This document shows positions 52,823-64,000 of a DNA stretch of 64,000 nt, piece by piece; position 1 is the first letter of the stretch; every line of letters starts with the position of its first letter. The DNA is from Macrostomum lignano (taxonomy: Eukaryota). The position numbers and the translations under genes were made by a program. Under the pieces are notes generated by a model that was not told the DNA's origin, did not search any database, and saw nothing but the letters and a program-made list of their open reading frames with translations. Location of the stretch: contig NIVC01003274.1 of assembly GCA_002269645.1 (NCBI GenBank), positions 113,590 to 177,589 of the forward strand, in the 5' to 3' direction.

Positions 52823-54678
52823 TTGTCTTCGCGGCGTTCAGATATTCCATCTTCGAATTGAATTAGAATAATAAACATGAATAAAGCTATAATAATATAA
52901 CTGATCGCACTTACTGTAGCTAATATAAAAATTAACCTTCTCAATTTATAATTTTTGAGTGATTATTGCATATCGTTTAACTGTTTACTTAATATGCTTG
53001 AATTGCCAAAGCTTGTAATAGACAAAGTCAATGTTAACACTCGATCGTACATGTATTGAATATTTTATGGTGCAACACTTCGACACAAATATTTACAATG
53101 ATTTTAAAAATAACATTTATAGCTATTTACTTTCTGCACTGGAGATGCTTTGGAGTTGCTTAATGAGCGTGCGAGTATGCAGTTTATTTTGTTGGTAAAT
53201 TTTTAGTTCTAAATATATTAAAAGTATTAGCTAATGCCCTCTGACCCCTCTCTTCTTTTTTTATCTTTATACTGTGTATAGCTAGCTATATATTATATAT
53301 CTAACATTTCATATGTAAGCATGCAGTTTTTTATTTTGTAGTAGTTTTTGCTGAAAGCAATGCCTCCTAGTTTTCCGAAACTTGCCGCCCGTTGTCTTGA
53401 AGTGCTGACAATGTCTACAAATTATGACTTTTTCGCTTTTTTAATTGATTTTACTCTAGCCTTTACAGACTTCTATTCAGATCATTACTGATTCTTGGCA
53501 GTGTATATTTTTGTTTGAGATTTTAGCTGACAGTTATTACCGGTTTATTAAGCTTATTATTCGAATTAAGAATTCAAATTACTGATGCGCTTTAATTTTC
53601 AGTTATGTATTTTGATGTCTTACTTTTATAAACCAAATAAACCTCACTGGAGTAAATGTGTATCACTACATAAGCTACACATTAGCTAACATTATAGTAC
53701 ATTAAATCTGGAGGCAAATTTTTACATTTGCATGAAAGTTTTCATGCCAAATTGACCCTAGCTACAGATTTTGTACGCGTTTGGCGAACGCTGCTTTGTA
53801 CAGTACGTGCAAAGTTATTTTTGGACCAGATAACGGGGGAACTTTGATTCAATACAAGCGTCCCCCGTGTTCATGTACATTGCAATGTACATGTTTCTTA
53901 AAATAGAAAGCGAAAACACAAAAATATTCTTGATTCGAAATGTTCCGTATTAGAAAACTTTAGTCTGTCATAATTTGATGCAAAATTCTCATACCTTGAT
54001 TGGCTGAAACATCTTTGCTTAAAAGGCTGCATATTCAAATGATTTTTTGAGAATCTACTCGTTAGTTATCAAAAGAAAACAGTTGGGCAAAGAAATTTTA
54101 CTTTTAACTGTCGCTTTCCTGGTGAGCCACCTATGTGAATCAGATTTTCTATGTTTCATTGGCACAGCTGCGAGGAAAAAATCAATATAATCCGGCCTAC
54201 ATGTTTTACATTTCAGATGCGTGTTCTACCGTGGCATCTACTAATACTCGAACTTACATGCAGTTCGTTAGTTGCATTGTAAGTGTTTTTGGTAAAAAAA
54301 GTGACTGAAATGTTTGAGCCTATTTGACAATGATTGAATAGTAGACCTTCTTTTCCTAGTTTGTCAGAACATAATTGATATTTAATCCCAGATTTCAATT
54401 AAGTCTTGCGGAATATTTCCTTCCAGCAGATTTTGTTTAGCTTTGCTGCTTGTAGAAGATTACTACAAAGTGTCGGTACTGATAGGTTCAGAACCGGAGG
54501 TTATATTTGTTAGCTAACAGACGAAATTGAAGGCAGCTTAGGCCTACGAGGAGCGGGTCTGATATGACCATATAGAAATAAGTTGCTCGTTTGCTCAAAG
54601 CAACAAGCCGACTGCACTTATACATGACCCCCTGAGCTCACAGGGTGCACAACGGTCCTGACTTTCTGATCTTTAGTA

Positions 54679-54930
54679 ACAATAATAAATAATAATAATT
54701 GATTATTATTTATTAATTGGGCCAATTGGGCCAGATGTGCAACCGACAGCTCAGCCGCAGCTATTGCGCGGCGCATCTGAAGGCTGCGTACGGCTGTTTA
54801 GTCCAAGAACTGGGGGGGTCACCACACATTTACCACACAATCACCTCAATTACCCCAGCTAATGCTGGCACCCACTTTACAGCTGGGCGAACTGAAGCAA
54901 TGCAGAGTTAAGTGTCTTGCTCAAGGACAC
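54679..54930 (-). mobile_element. CORE/Meta-type SINE lacking the tRNA head
   Basis: Reverse strand GTGTCCTTGAGCAAGACACTTAACTCTGCATTGC..CCCAGCTGTAAAGTGGG, followed by the same 3' segment and an AT-rich tail. Confidence 0.82.
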
Positions 54931-54974
54931 AAATTTTTTCCAGTGGGATCTGGAATCTTTAGACAAGTGCATAT

Positions 54975-55260
54975 TAGAATATTGATTCTGATGGATTCAG
55001 CAAACAGTTTGTATTGGCGTAATGTGTACAGGGACAGCAAAAAAACATTTTTGTAAACATTTTAAGTAAAAAATCAGTTTGTGCAAAAAATATTAAAAAT
55101 TTATTAATTTTATTAATCCAGCATGCATCTTTGGATATACGCTCGTAGAAGTAACGTTCAAAGCTTGCAGCAAAATACACTGAAAATAAGTCTAGCCTAC
55201 TTAGATTCAGTAGTGTAGAACGCTCTCTATTTTTATCTCAAGTTTTTCCGGATTTTTTAC
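54975..55260. repeat. ~290-bp dispersed direct repeat, copy 1 (copy 2 at ~62345-62630)
   Basis: Shared GTGTACAG.GACAGCAAAAAAACATTTTTGTAAACATT..CCAGCATGCATCTTTGGATATA..CAGTAGTGTAGAACGCTCT. Confidence 0.85.
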
Positions 55261-55454
55261 TTCTTAAAAAACTTTTGCCTCGGAGATTTGCCCCCTCATG
55301 GGCGATCCTGGGAAAAATTTTTAGACCAAAAATTAAATCATAAATCATAAATCACAAATCATAATTCTGCTCTGGTGATTTTTGCACTCATAAATAATGG
55401 AAACTGATACAAGTTCCAAGTTATAACTAAGCCTGGCTCTTGTCTCAATTGCAG

Positions 55455-58400
55455 AACCAACTCAGCTAATCACTACTGCGTGAACCGGCACACGCTACGC
55501 CTAGAAATGGACGACTTCCATCACCGGGACGAGACCATAATTCCCTGGCTGCCTGACGAGACCGAGCACAGCAGGCTGCTGGAGTTGAATAGGTGCCGCT
55601 GGAATGTCAAGCTCAAATCGCCGAAGCCCAGTCAGCAGCAGGTTGTCCTCGAAGGAGTGCCTAGCAGCGGAGGAATGGATGAATGGAGGAGTTCAACCTT
55701 GGCAAATCAAACAGAGATACCGCTAGAAATTCTGGGAATCAGTGCTCATGCTTCCCAGGCTGTAGGCGTTGGCACGTTGCGTGTGATTGCATTGAATAAA
55801 ATGTAATAATTTTCCTTCATAAAACATGAATACAGACAATTTCACCCGGATTCTTACATTATTACCAAATTTGCTGTTACCTCGCCACACCTTAACCCAG
55901 CAGAGAGTTCTTCTCCGTCAGAGCAAATTATAATCCTAGGCGGCAAAATATGCAGCTGAAAAAGCTCAGGATTGCTATGCCACTTCCCAGAGTCTGCAGT
56001 CGAGGCATGCTCAACTATAACGGCAAATGCTACGCTTTGAGCACGGTTGGACAGAATTTAACAGCCGCAATGTCCAGCATCAGAGGCGATGCTCAGCTGG
56101 CCAGCTTCTCCAGCATGTCTGAGATCAGCGAGTTCGTTTTTGCCAGTGAGTTGAGCTCAATGCTATACTCAGCAACAGCTAAGCCTCCCCAGTGGAGCAG
56201 TGTGATAATGTTGAGGCAAGGACAACTAAAGCAACGTATATGCAGGACGAAACACTCGAAATCTATGGAGAAAGTTTTGAAGGCCACTTTTCGCCAAAAT
56301 ACACTACGGAGATAGGAAGTTTTCATTTTTTCAGCACCAGAATTGTTATTTCTTTTGATAGGAGGCAGGCCCATTGTTCATCTTTTGATATGCTGTGCCT
56401 TTCTGTATGTCCTGTGCCTAAAAACCATTAAAATGGCACTGATCGGCTCAATATATTGGTTTTATGAATCTATTTTGTCATTCTCAGCTGACTGTGTAAC
56501 AGAGATGATAAAATAGATTCACAAAACCAAAGATTTAAGCTATGCCATACACTTTTATGATTTTGGGTACAGGAAAATTAAAATAGAGTCCTAATTTTCT
56601 GAACGAAAAGCTACATGTACATGTATAAGAAAGGCACGACATAGCAAACGATGAACATTATTGGGTCGAAAACAGAAACAATTTTTGTCCTGAAAAAATG
56701 AATACTTCCTATCTCCGTAGTGTACTTTTTGGCGAAAAGTAGCTTTAAAAACATTTTCAATAGATTTCGAGTGTTGCATCTGATGCGGATGGATTCTTAC
56801 TAGTATATCCATGCTATGGCCTTGACCTCCACCGCCAACGTGCTAAGAGGCAGGGCGATTAAATATATTGTTTTAAGCTCCTTGGCTCGCCATCAGAGCA
56901 GCCCAAGTTACATTATACCAAAGTATATAACATGGCATCGCAAGCAGGCACTGAAACCGTGTGCTAAAGCTTCTGGCAAAGAAACCACAAGATGCCCCCA
57001 AAGCAGCAGCGCTCTACGTCGGCATCGCCTTTAAGGCAGAAGCCAGAAAAGTCGGAACGATCAGCAGCAGCATCAGCAGCAGCATCAGCATCAGCAGCAG
57101 CATCAGCAGCAGCAAATATCTCACCAACTGGACAAGCTGAGCTGAAACTATCTCTGCCTGGTTCGCACATCCCTCGACTAGACCTATCAGTGGATACGAT
57201 CGATGATTTCGACGCTTGGAGAGCGACTCTTGAGGCATACTTCGATGCAGTTAACATCCAGCACGAGGAATCAGACAGCATCCACTAACTCAAAGAAAAT
57301 GGCAGCTCGACGAGCTTGCATGTTGAACGCATTTACATCTGCTACCTTCTCGAAGTATAAGAATCTACCTCTGACGGATCAACAATTCAAGGACCCAGAG
57401 ATCGTCATGAATTCCATCAGAGATCACGTACTCGGACAGGTTAATATCATCGTAGAGAGGAACAGGTTCTGGAAACGGCAACAAAATGACGGAGAAAATT
57501 TTAACGACTATGTCATGCGATTGAGGGACTTGATGCGAACATGTAAGTTCTGTAAGCATTCCGACGACTTACTGAGGGATAAAATTGTGCTAGGAGTACG
57601 AAATCCGGAGACAATCAAGCGTCTATTAGCACAGCCAGATCTCTCTCTCGCTGACGCGCTGACAATATGTAGATCAGAGGAAGCTTGTGAGATCCAAAAA
57701 AATGAAATCTGCACAGCTTCACAGGTGTCCATAGTGCGCAAACACCGAGGAAAAACTCCAGGTGGGGCCCGGTCAAAGACTCCAGAAGCAAAGAAATGCA
57801 CTGCCTGTGGTAAAGGGCGACATCAGCGCTCAGAATGTCCCGCCAAGGACAAGAAGTGCTTTAACTGCGGTTGCATTGGACATTTTGGTTCCATGTGCCG
57901 GTCCAGTCGCAGCACTGGTCATCCGGATAAAAGGCGACCACCGAGAATGTCAACTTTGGTTGCTACACTGGAACCCGCAACCCCAACAGTAGTAGTCTCG
58001 ATAAATGGGGAGCAGCTGGAAATGATGCCCGATACGGGATCCAATATCGATGCAATCCGAGAATGCGATTGCAAAAAGCTCCGTATCCGTGTTGCACAAC
58101 TAAGGCATGACGCCATATTTCCTAAATCAGCCAGTGGACAGTTCATTAAGAGTGACGGCAATTTCTCCGCCACAATAACGCTGAACGGGAAGCACGCAGC
58201 GACAAGGATTCATGTGCTGAAGAACTTGGTCGCGCCAGTGCTGTCCTGGAAGAGCTGTAGAAAACTGGGAATCATCCCTAAAGAGTTTCCAAGTCAGATA
58301 AACCAGATAACTCAGGTTCTGACGAATGACGGAAGAAAACATACAGAACTGGATTTGATCCAAGAATTCCCGAGGGTCTTCGACGGAGTAATTCGGCCGA

Positions 58401-61400
58401 TGAAGGGCGAAAAATTTTCGATTGTGCTCAAAGAGGACGCGATCCCATTTTCCGTGAAGACGCCACGCCGGCTACCACTGCCACTACATGAGAAACTTAA
58501 AAACGAACTCGATGCCTTGGAAAGACAGCAAATTATCTGCAAAATAACAGAGCCGACACCCTGGTGCGCTCCAATAGTCGTAGCCCCGAAGAAGGGCACT
58601 GACCAAATTCGTCTTTGCGTAGATTTTAGAGAGATAAACAAATACGTTCTGAGACCTCGATACCAATCACCAACACCACTGGAAGTTGTGGCCAGCACCA
58701 ATGTATCCAACGCAGAATGGTTTACAGTTGTTGATGCATTGAAAGGATACCATCAAGTACCACTCCACGAGGACAGTATGCCACTGACAACATTTATTAC
58801 TCCTTATGGAAGATACATGTTCAGAATGGCACCTTTCGGGATCAGCTCTATCTCAGAATAATACAACAGGAGACTGGATAGTGCTCTACAGGGCTTGAAA
58901 GATACTCGCCACATTGTGGATGACTGCATAATCGCAAGCGCCGACTACGAAAGCCACATCCAAGCTGTTCGCGAATTTCTTTATCGGTGTGACGAGAGTG
59001 GAATATCATTGAATAAGAAAAAATTGTCTTCGCCAAGAAAAATGTAAAGTTTGCTGGATTTATGCTTACACCAAAGTGCTATCAGATGGACCCTGAAATG
59101 ACAGCAGCCATTGCTCGATTCCCTGAGCCATCAAATATTACAGAATTACGCGCATTTATGGGCCTAGTGAATCAAATAGGACCATTCACAGATTCGATCG
59201 CAGAATGTACCTCGATATTAAGACCTCTACTGAGCGCGAAGAATTCATTCATCTGGAACGAGGAGCACCAAAAAGCCTTCGATAAGGCACGAATCCATCT
59301 GTCTAAAGTCCCATCATTGACATACTACGATCACACGAAGCCAACCGCACTGAAAACCGACGCATCAAGGTTGAAGGGACTCGGATTTGTTCTCAAGCAG
59401 CAACAACCTGACGGCGCCTGGCGAATGATTCAGGCGGGATCACGGTTTCTGGCTGACGCGGAGACGCGATATGCTATGATCGAGCTCTAGTTGCTAGCAA
59501 TTGTGTGGGCTTCGCAAAAATTTCGTTTGTTTTTAGAAGGACTCGATTCATTTCAATTCGTGACTGACCACAAGCCACTTATTCCGATATTAAACGGCTA
59601 CCAACTAGACCAAATCGAAAACCCGAGGTTGCAGCGCCTTCGTGCCAAGCTTAATCGCTACAACTATGAAGCAAAATGGGTACGAGGTAAAGACAATGTA
59701 GATGCCGATGCACTATCAAGAGCTCCGATTGCAAATGCAACTGAAGAAGATCAGATTGATGAGAATCAAGCTCTAAGTAGTGTGAATTTGTTGACTATGA
59801 TAATGGAAGATACGGAAATTGACTTTAACATGAAGAGAATACAAGAACACGTAAAGAAAGACACAGAAATGCAAGAGCTCATCCAAATAATAGAGAATGG
59901 ATTCCCGAACGATAGAGCTAATCTTCCAGTTATTCTAAGACCGTACTGGCACATTAGACATAAGCTTGTCGTCGAAAACGGAGTCGTTCTCAATGGATGC
60001 CGGTGTATCATCCCTAAAGAAATGCGAAAAGAAGTTTTGAGAACACTACATTCAAGTCACCAAGGTGCTACGAGCGTACTAAGACCGAAGCAAGAGCAAG
60101 AATGGTCGTCTATTGGCCCAGAATGGAACGTCAGATCGATGACACAATAAAGCAATGCAAAGCATGCCAAGAAACCCGTCCAAGTCAGGTCAGAGAACCG
60201 ATGTTGCCGAGAACTACACCAGCAAGGTGCTTCCAGGAAGTTCATGCCGACTTTTGTGAACACCGCGGCAGGCAATTCCTAGTGATAGTGGACGGATACT
60301 CTGGATGGATCAACGTATGGAACTTCGGACAAAATGCTCCGGTTTACAAGCTGATTAACGCGTGCCGTGAGCTATTTTGTCAGACAGCTGTACCGGAATT
60401 GTTCTGGTCAGACTCAGGTCCTCAGTTCAAGGCCAGCGCATTTGGTAACTTTTTGAAGAGATGGGTAGTCGAGTCCAGATTCTCATCCCCATACCACCAC
60501 CAAAGCAACGGGAGAGCCGAAGCGGCAGTCAAGTCAGCCAAATAGATCATCAGAGGATCGTGGGATTATCGCAACAATGACACAGACAAGGACAAAATGG
60601 CGGAAGGAATACTTATCTATAGAAACACACCTATGGATGACGGACGCATTCCTTCTATTATGCTGTATGGACACCCAGCAAGAGATTCACTTCCTGCTCA
60701 TCGAAGAAGCTTTAATCCCGAATGGTACAACACGATTAAACAAATGGAGGACACAGCATCAGAAGTTCACGAGGCTGTGGAGCAACAGTACAACAAGTCC
60801 AAGAGAAGCCTCGATGGAATCCGAATAGGGTCGACTGTAGTTCTTCAAGAGCCAACAACGAAACTGTGGCAACGGAGAGGAGTAGTGGTAGAGGTCGGAA
60901 AACACCGCGACTACCTGGTAAAGTTGGCGAGCGGCAGAATACTACGGAGAAACCGCATTTACGTACGGCCAACATTGCACTGACCGTCGACAACTGGCAA
61001 ATGACAAAGACGACAAACGGCGAAAGTACAAGACGTACGGAGACGACTCGTACTACGACGGCCAATCAACCAAGCAAGGAGAAACCACGAAGTAGCTCGA
61101 GAGCAACGAAGGGCATCCCGCCCGCCCGACTCCAGTACAGTAGGCTAGGACATCCAAAAGTTAATTTTGTCGAGTGATAAGGACACTGACTTGAAAGGGG
61201 AGATGCTTTGGATGGACTCTTACTAGTATATCCATGTCTATGGCCTTGACCTCCACTGCCAACGTGCTAAGAGGCAGGGCGATTAAATACGAGTATATTG
61301 TTTTAAGCTCCTTGGCTCGCCATCAGAGCAGCCCAAGTTACATTATACCAAAGCATATAACAGCATCCTTCTACTTTTTCAGTAGTTCTCGTGTTAACTT

Positions 61401-62216
61401 AAATAGGTGATTTAGCTGTCTCAAGAGCTAAGTGATGAGGATTGTAGCCATTGGGAAGGGCGAGGGAGGATTGATTGACTTAGCTGTTTCTGACCACATC
61501 ATGTACGAACTACGAGCGTATCAAAATATATGAAACCTAATGCGAAAATAATTGTTCATATCTCATGGGGAAATTCCAGACAATGCAAAGCTGTACGAGT
61601 TCCCCTACAGGCGGCCTCTGAGCCTGGGCCAGCCGGTCCGTCTCGGCATGTTCCTGAACGCAACCGATGTCAAAGTGCTGTCCTTAGTCAGAACTGATAC
61701 CGGCTGCCAGCTGCTACCTGTAGCTGACTTTGATGAATTCAGGTGAGATTCAAACTCAAGTCAAGTAAATTTGATTGATGAATTCAATTGTAATAAAGTC
61801 CTAGTGGATGACTTTTAAGAGTGACTGGCAGAGTGAAAGGCCCGTGTCTGTCTCTGAGAGTGTCCGCGTCAAGCAGAGCGGAGGTCGAGCTCGTCAACTG
61901 CAGCAGCCCGATGCTGTCGCTGCTGAGCTTCCCGGAGACTGCCAGTTCATTGCTGTGCTTTGAGCAGTGCAACATTAGCGACTCTGTGATCAATCAACTG
62001 ATAGAGTTTGAGATGTCGACTCCTCAGTACGCATCTGAGTACTCAATGAATGCTCTGAATTGGAGCACCAGCGCTAATGACACAGTGGCATATTTTGATG
62101 GCGACTCAGCGCTTGGTGTTCACTTTCGATATCTTCTCTTCATCCTAATGGGAGTGAGCTGCATTAGCATGACTTTATGGCTACTATCTAAATTGCAGCG
62201 AAACAGTCTTTTTTAG
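55455..62216 (+). CDS. Family A copy A11; one intron expanded by nested transposons; signal exon not located
   Basis: Exons 55455-55802, 55901-56145, 61580-61742 and 61820-62216 (TM YLLFILMGVSCISMTLWLL, short tail ending NSLF). Phases are compatible across the 5.4-kb intron. Confidence 0.8.
56240..56780. mobile_element. Foldback (near-palindromic) non-autonomous element, interrupted at its right end by an LTR element
   Basis: CACTCGAAATCTATGGAGAAAG..TACACTACGGAGATAGGAAGT (56253-56320) is the reverse complement of 56702-56772. The pairing continues inward to a hairpin centred near 56490. Confidence 0.8.
56781..61362 (+). mobile_element. Full-length but defective Ty3/gypsy LTR retrotransposon (Mag-like)
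   Basis: LTRs at 56781-56932 and 61204-61362 (TG..CA, several substitutions and indels). TSD GCATC at 56776-56780 and 61363-61367. PBS-like TGGCATCGCAAGCAGG at 56933 and PPT GAAAGGGGAGA at 61193-61203. Confidence 0.95.
56992..60983 (+). pseudogene. Disrupted gag-pol of the second gypsy element
   Basis: Two CCHC knuckles (CTACGKGRHQRSEC, CFNCGCIGHFGSMC), MPDTGS protease, VVDALKGYHQV RT, TDASRLKGLG RNase H and WSDSG integrase. Stops at 58859, 59488 and 60543, and frameshifts near 57285, 59030 and 60075. Confidence 0.88.
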
Positions 62217-62344
62217 TGACTATTTTTTAACAGTCAGAGCATAGACCTGTAGTGCCAAAGTTTTATTATTTAATAAAAGTACAATCAAGGTGACAATATC
62301 CAGATTTTGTGTTAGAATTCCATTTATTAGTGCATATTTGAATA

Positions 62345-62630
62345 TTAATTTTGATGTATCCAGCAAACGTTTTGGATTGGCATATTGTGTACAGTGACAG
62401 CAAAAAAACATTTTTGTAAACATTTAAGTATAAAATCAGTTTGCGCAAAAAAACAATAAAAAAATTATTAATGTTATCCATCCAGCATGCATCTTTGGAT
62501 ATAGAAGTAACGTTCAAAGCTTGCAGCGAAATACACTGAAAATAAGTTTAGCGCACTAGCCTCCTCAGATTCAGTAGTGTAGAACGCTCTTGATTTTTTG
62601 TCTCTTAAGTTTTTTGCGGATTTTTACTTC
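62345..62630. repeat. ~290-bp dispersed direct repeat, copy 2
   Basis: Matches 54975-55260 with scattered differences. Confidence 0.85.
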
Positions 62631-62892
62631 TGAAGAAGACTTTTATGAACAACAATGTAGGGAAAAGAAGGTAAATATATAAAAATGAGGTATTGAAATG
62701 AATGAAAAATTTCTATTTTTCCCTACAGCACACCGCAGAGAACTTAGACAATGCAAATTATGATTTATTTGTTAGTGCCCCTAGTGCGGGCGCCCCTGGT
62801 ACTAAAGCCCCTGGTGCTAGCGCCAAAGCCCTTGGTTACGCCCCCCCCCCCGATACCAAAACGATTGACGGTATTCCCCTATTCCCCTATCC

Positions 62893-64000
62893 CCAGTAAG
62901 CTGGCGCTGAAGTTCCTCGGGGTCTGGATTGACCGCGGACTTCTTTTCGACAAACATCTGAGCGAAATCAATGACAAAATGCTCCGTCGAACTGCCATCA
63001 TAAAAGCTTTAGCAAACCGGGATTGGGGATGGGATCGCCTCCTCCTCCTCAAAGTCTACCTGCTTTGGTCGAGTCGGTGATCTGGCATGCTACATCGGCT
63101 TGGACGCCCTGGTTGTCCAAGACTCGCCTGGATGAACTTGACCGCGCCCAAAGGGAGGCGCTGCGCAACATCACCGGCCTGCCACGATCGACCCCCACGG
63201 AAGCTATCCACCTGGAGGCTCAGGTCGACTCTATGATGCCGCTCCCGCGCATGCCCTTCCACCTTACACGCCGTCCACCCAGGACCTCACTCGTCGACCA
63301 GGGCATCAACTGTTTCACCGACCTGCCAGACCTGGGAGCCACTTCGACTGAACAAACTCTTGCAGCCATTGAGCAACGCTGCCCAGGATCCTGCACCTAC
63401 TACACCAATGGCTCGGCCACCGGAGGGGTCGAAAACGGCGAAGCCGCTTGGATCCTCTCGATCATGATGGCACCAGCCATCGCCGCGGGCACGCAGCAGC
63501 TGGTCGCTGGTGCAACTCCTACGAAGCCGAATTAATGGCCATCAAGCTCGCCCTGGAAAAAATTATCAGCTCCGAACCGCGCCATGCCGTCATACTGACC
63601 GACAGCCAGAGCGCCATCGCCGCCATCAAGGCTGACCGTCCAACCCTCAACCTGCGGCTTGAGCAAGTTAAAGATCTCCTCGCTAACGCAGCCATGCACA
63701 CGAAGATCACCCTGCAATGGGTTCCGGGACATTCGGAGTGCCCGGTAACGAACTGGTGCACGCAGAGGCCAAGCTTGCGGGCCACACTGCCTCAAGACGA
63801 GTCCGAAATTTGCCTTGCAGCTGCTAAAGAGCGCGTCCGCCATCATCTCAAGTACCGCCCAACCCTTCATGGCACTTGGCCGAGGTCTATGGTAAAACGA
63901 TCTCCTTCCATCAGGGACGCGTCGCCAACAAATCCGTGGCGCAGGTCAGAGCAGGCCACTGCCCTGACTCCACTATTATCGCAACCGCACCGACATCACC
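62893..64000 (+). mobile_element. Degenerate 5'-truncated non-LTR retrotransposon with RNase H (I/Ingi/Loa-like), running off the window end
   Basis: LKFLGVWIDRGLLFDKH and ALANRDWGW (RT C-terminus); YTNGSA..GEAA, YEAELMAI, ILTDSQSAI and LQWVPGH (RNase H). Multiple frameshifts. Confidence 0.85.

Overview
This is eukaryotic (animal, probably invertebrate) genomic DNA with GT-AG introns. The style of the sequence suggests a free-living flatworm such as Macrostomum, but that is only a guess. No rRNA, tRNA gene, CRISPR array or other prokaryotic feature is supported. Most of the window is a tandem cluster of an unnamed cell-surface receptor family, called family A here: 11 copies on the + strand and one inverted remnant. 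Family A members share the same exon plan and intron phases, encoding a signal peptide, a CUB-like domain, an atypical C-type-lectin-like domain, a stalk, a TM segment and a highly variable tail. Two paralogs of a second receptor, family B, sit in the same cluster; they encode a signal peptide, a discoidin-like domain, Ig-like domains, a TM segment and a Tyr-motif tail. The cluster shows signs of patchwork gene conversion, tail swapping and birth-and-death turnover, resembling a diversified immune or recognition receptor locus. Interspersed are two full-length Ty3/gypsy LTR retrotransposons with TSDs, RTE-like and I-like LINE fragments, a Tc1/mariner deletion derivative, tRNA-derived CORE/Meta-type SINEs, MITE/foldback elements, and long micro- and minisatellites. 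All gene models were spliced by eye and domain calls are pattern-based, not database-verified.
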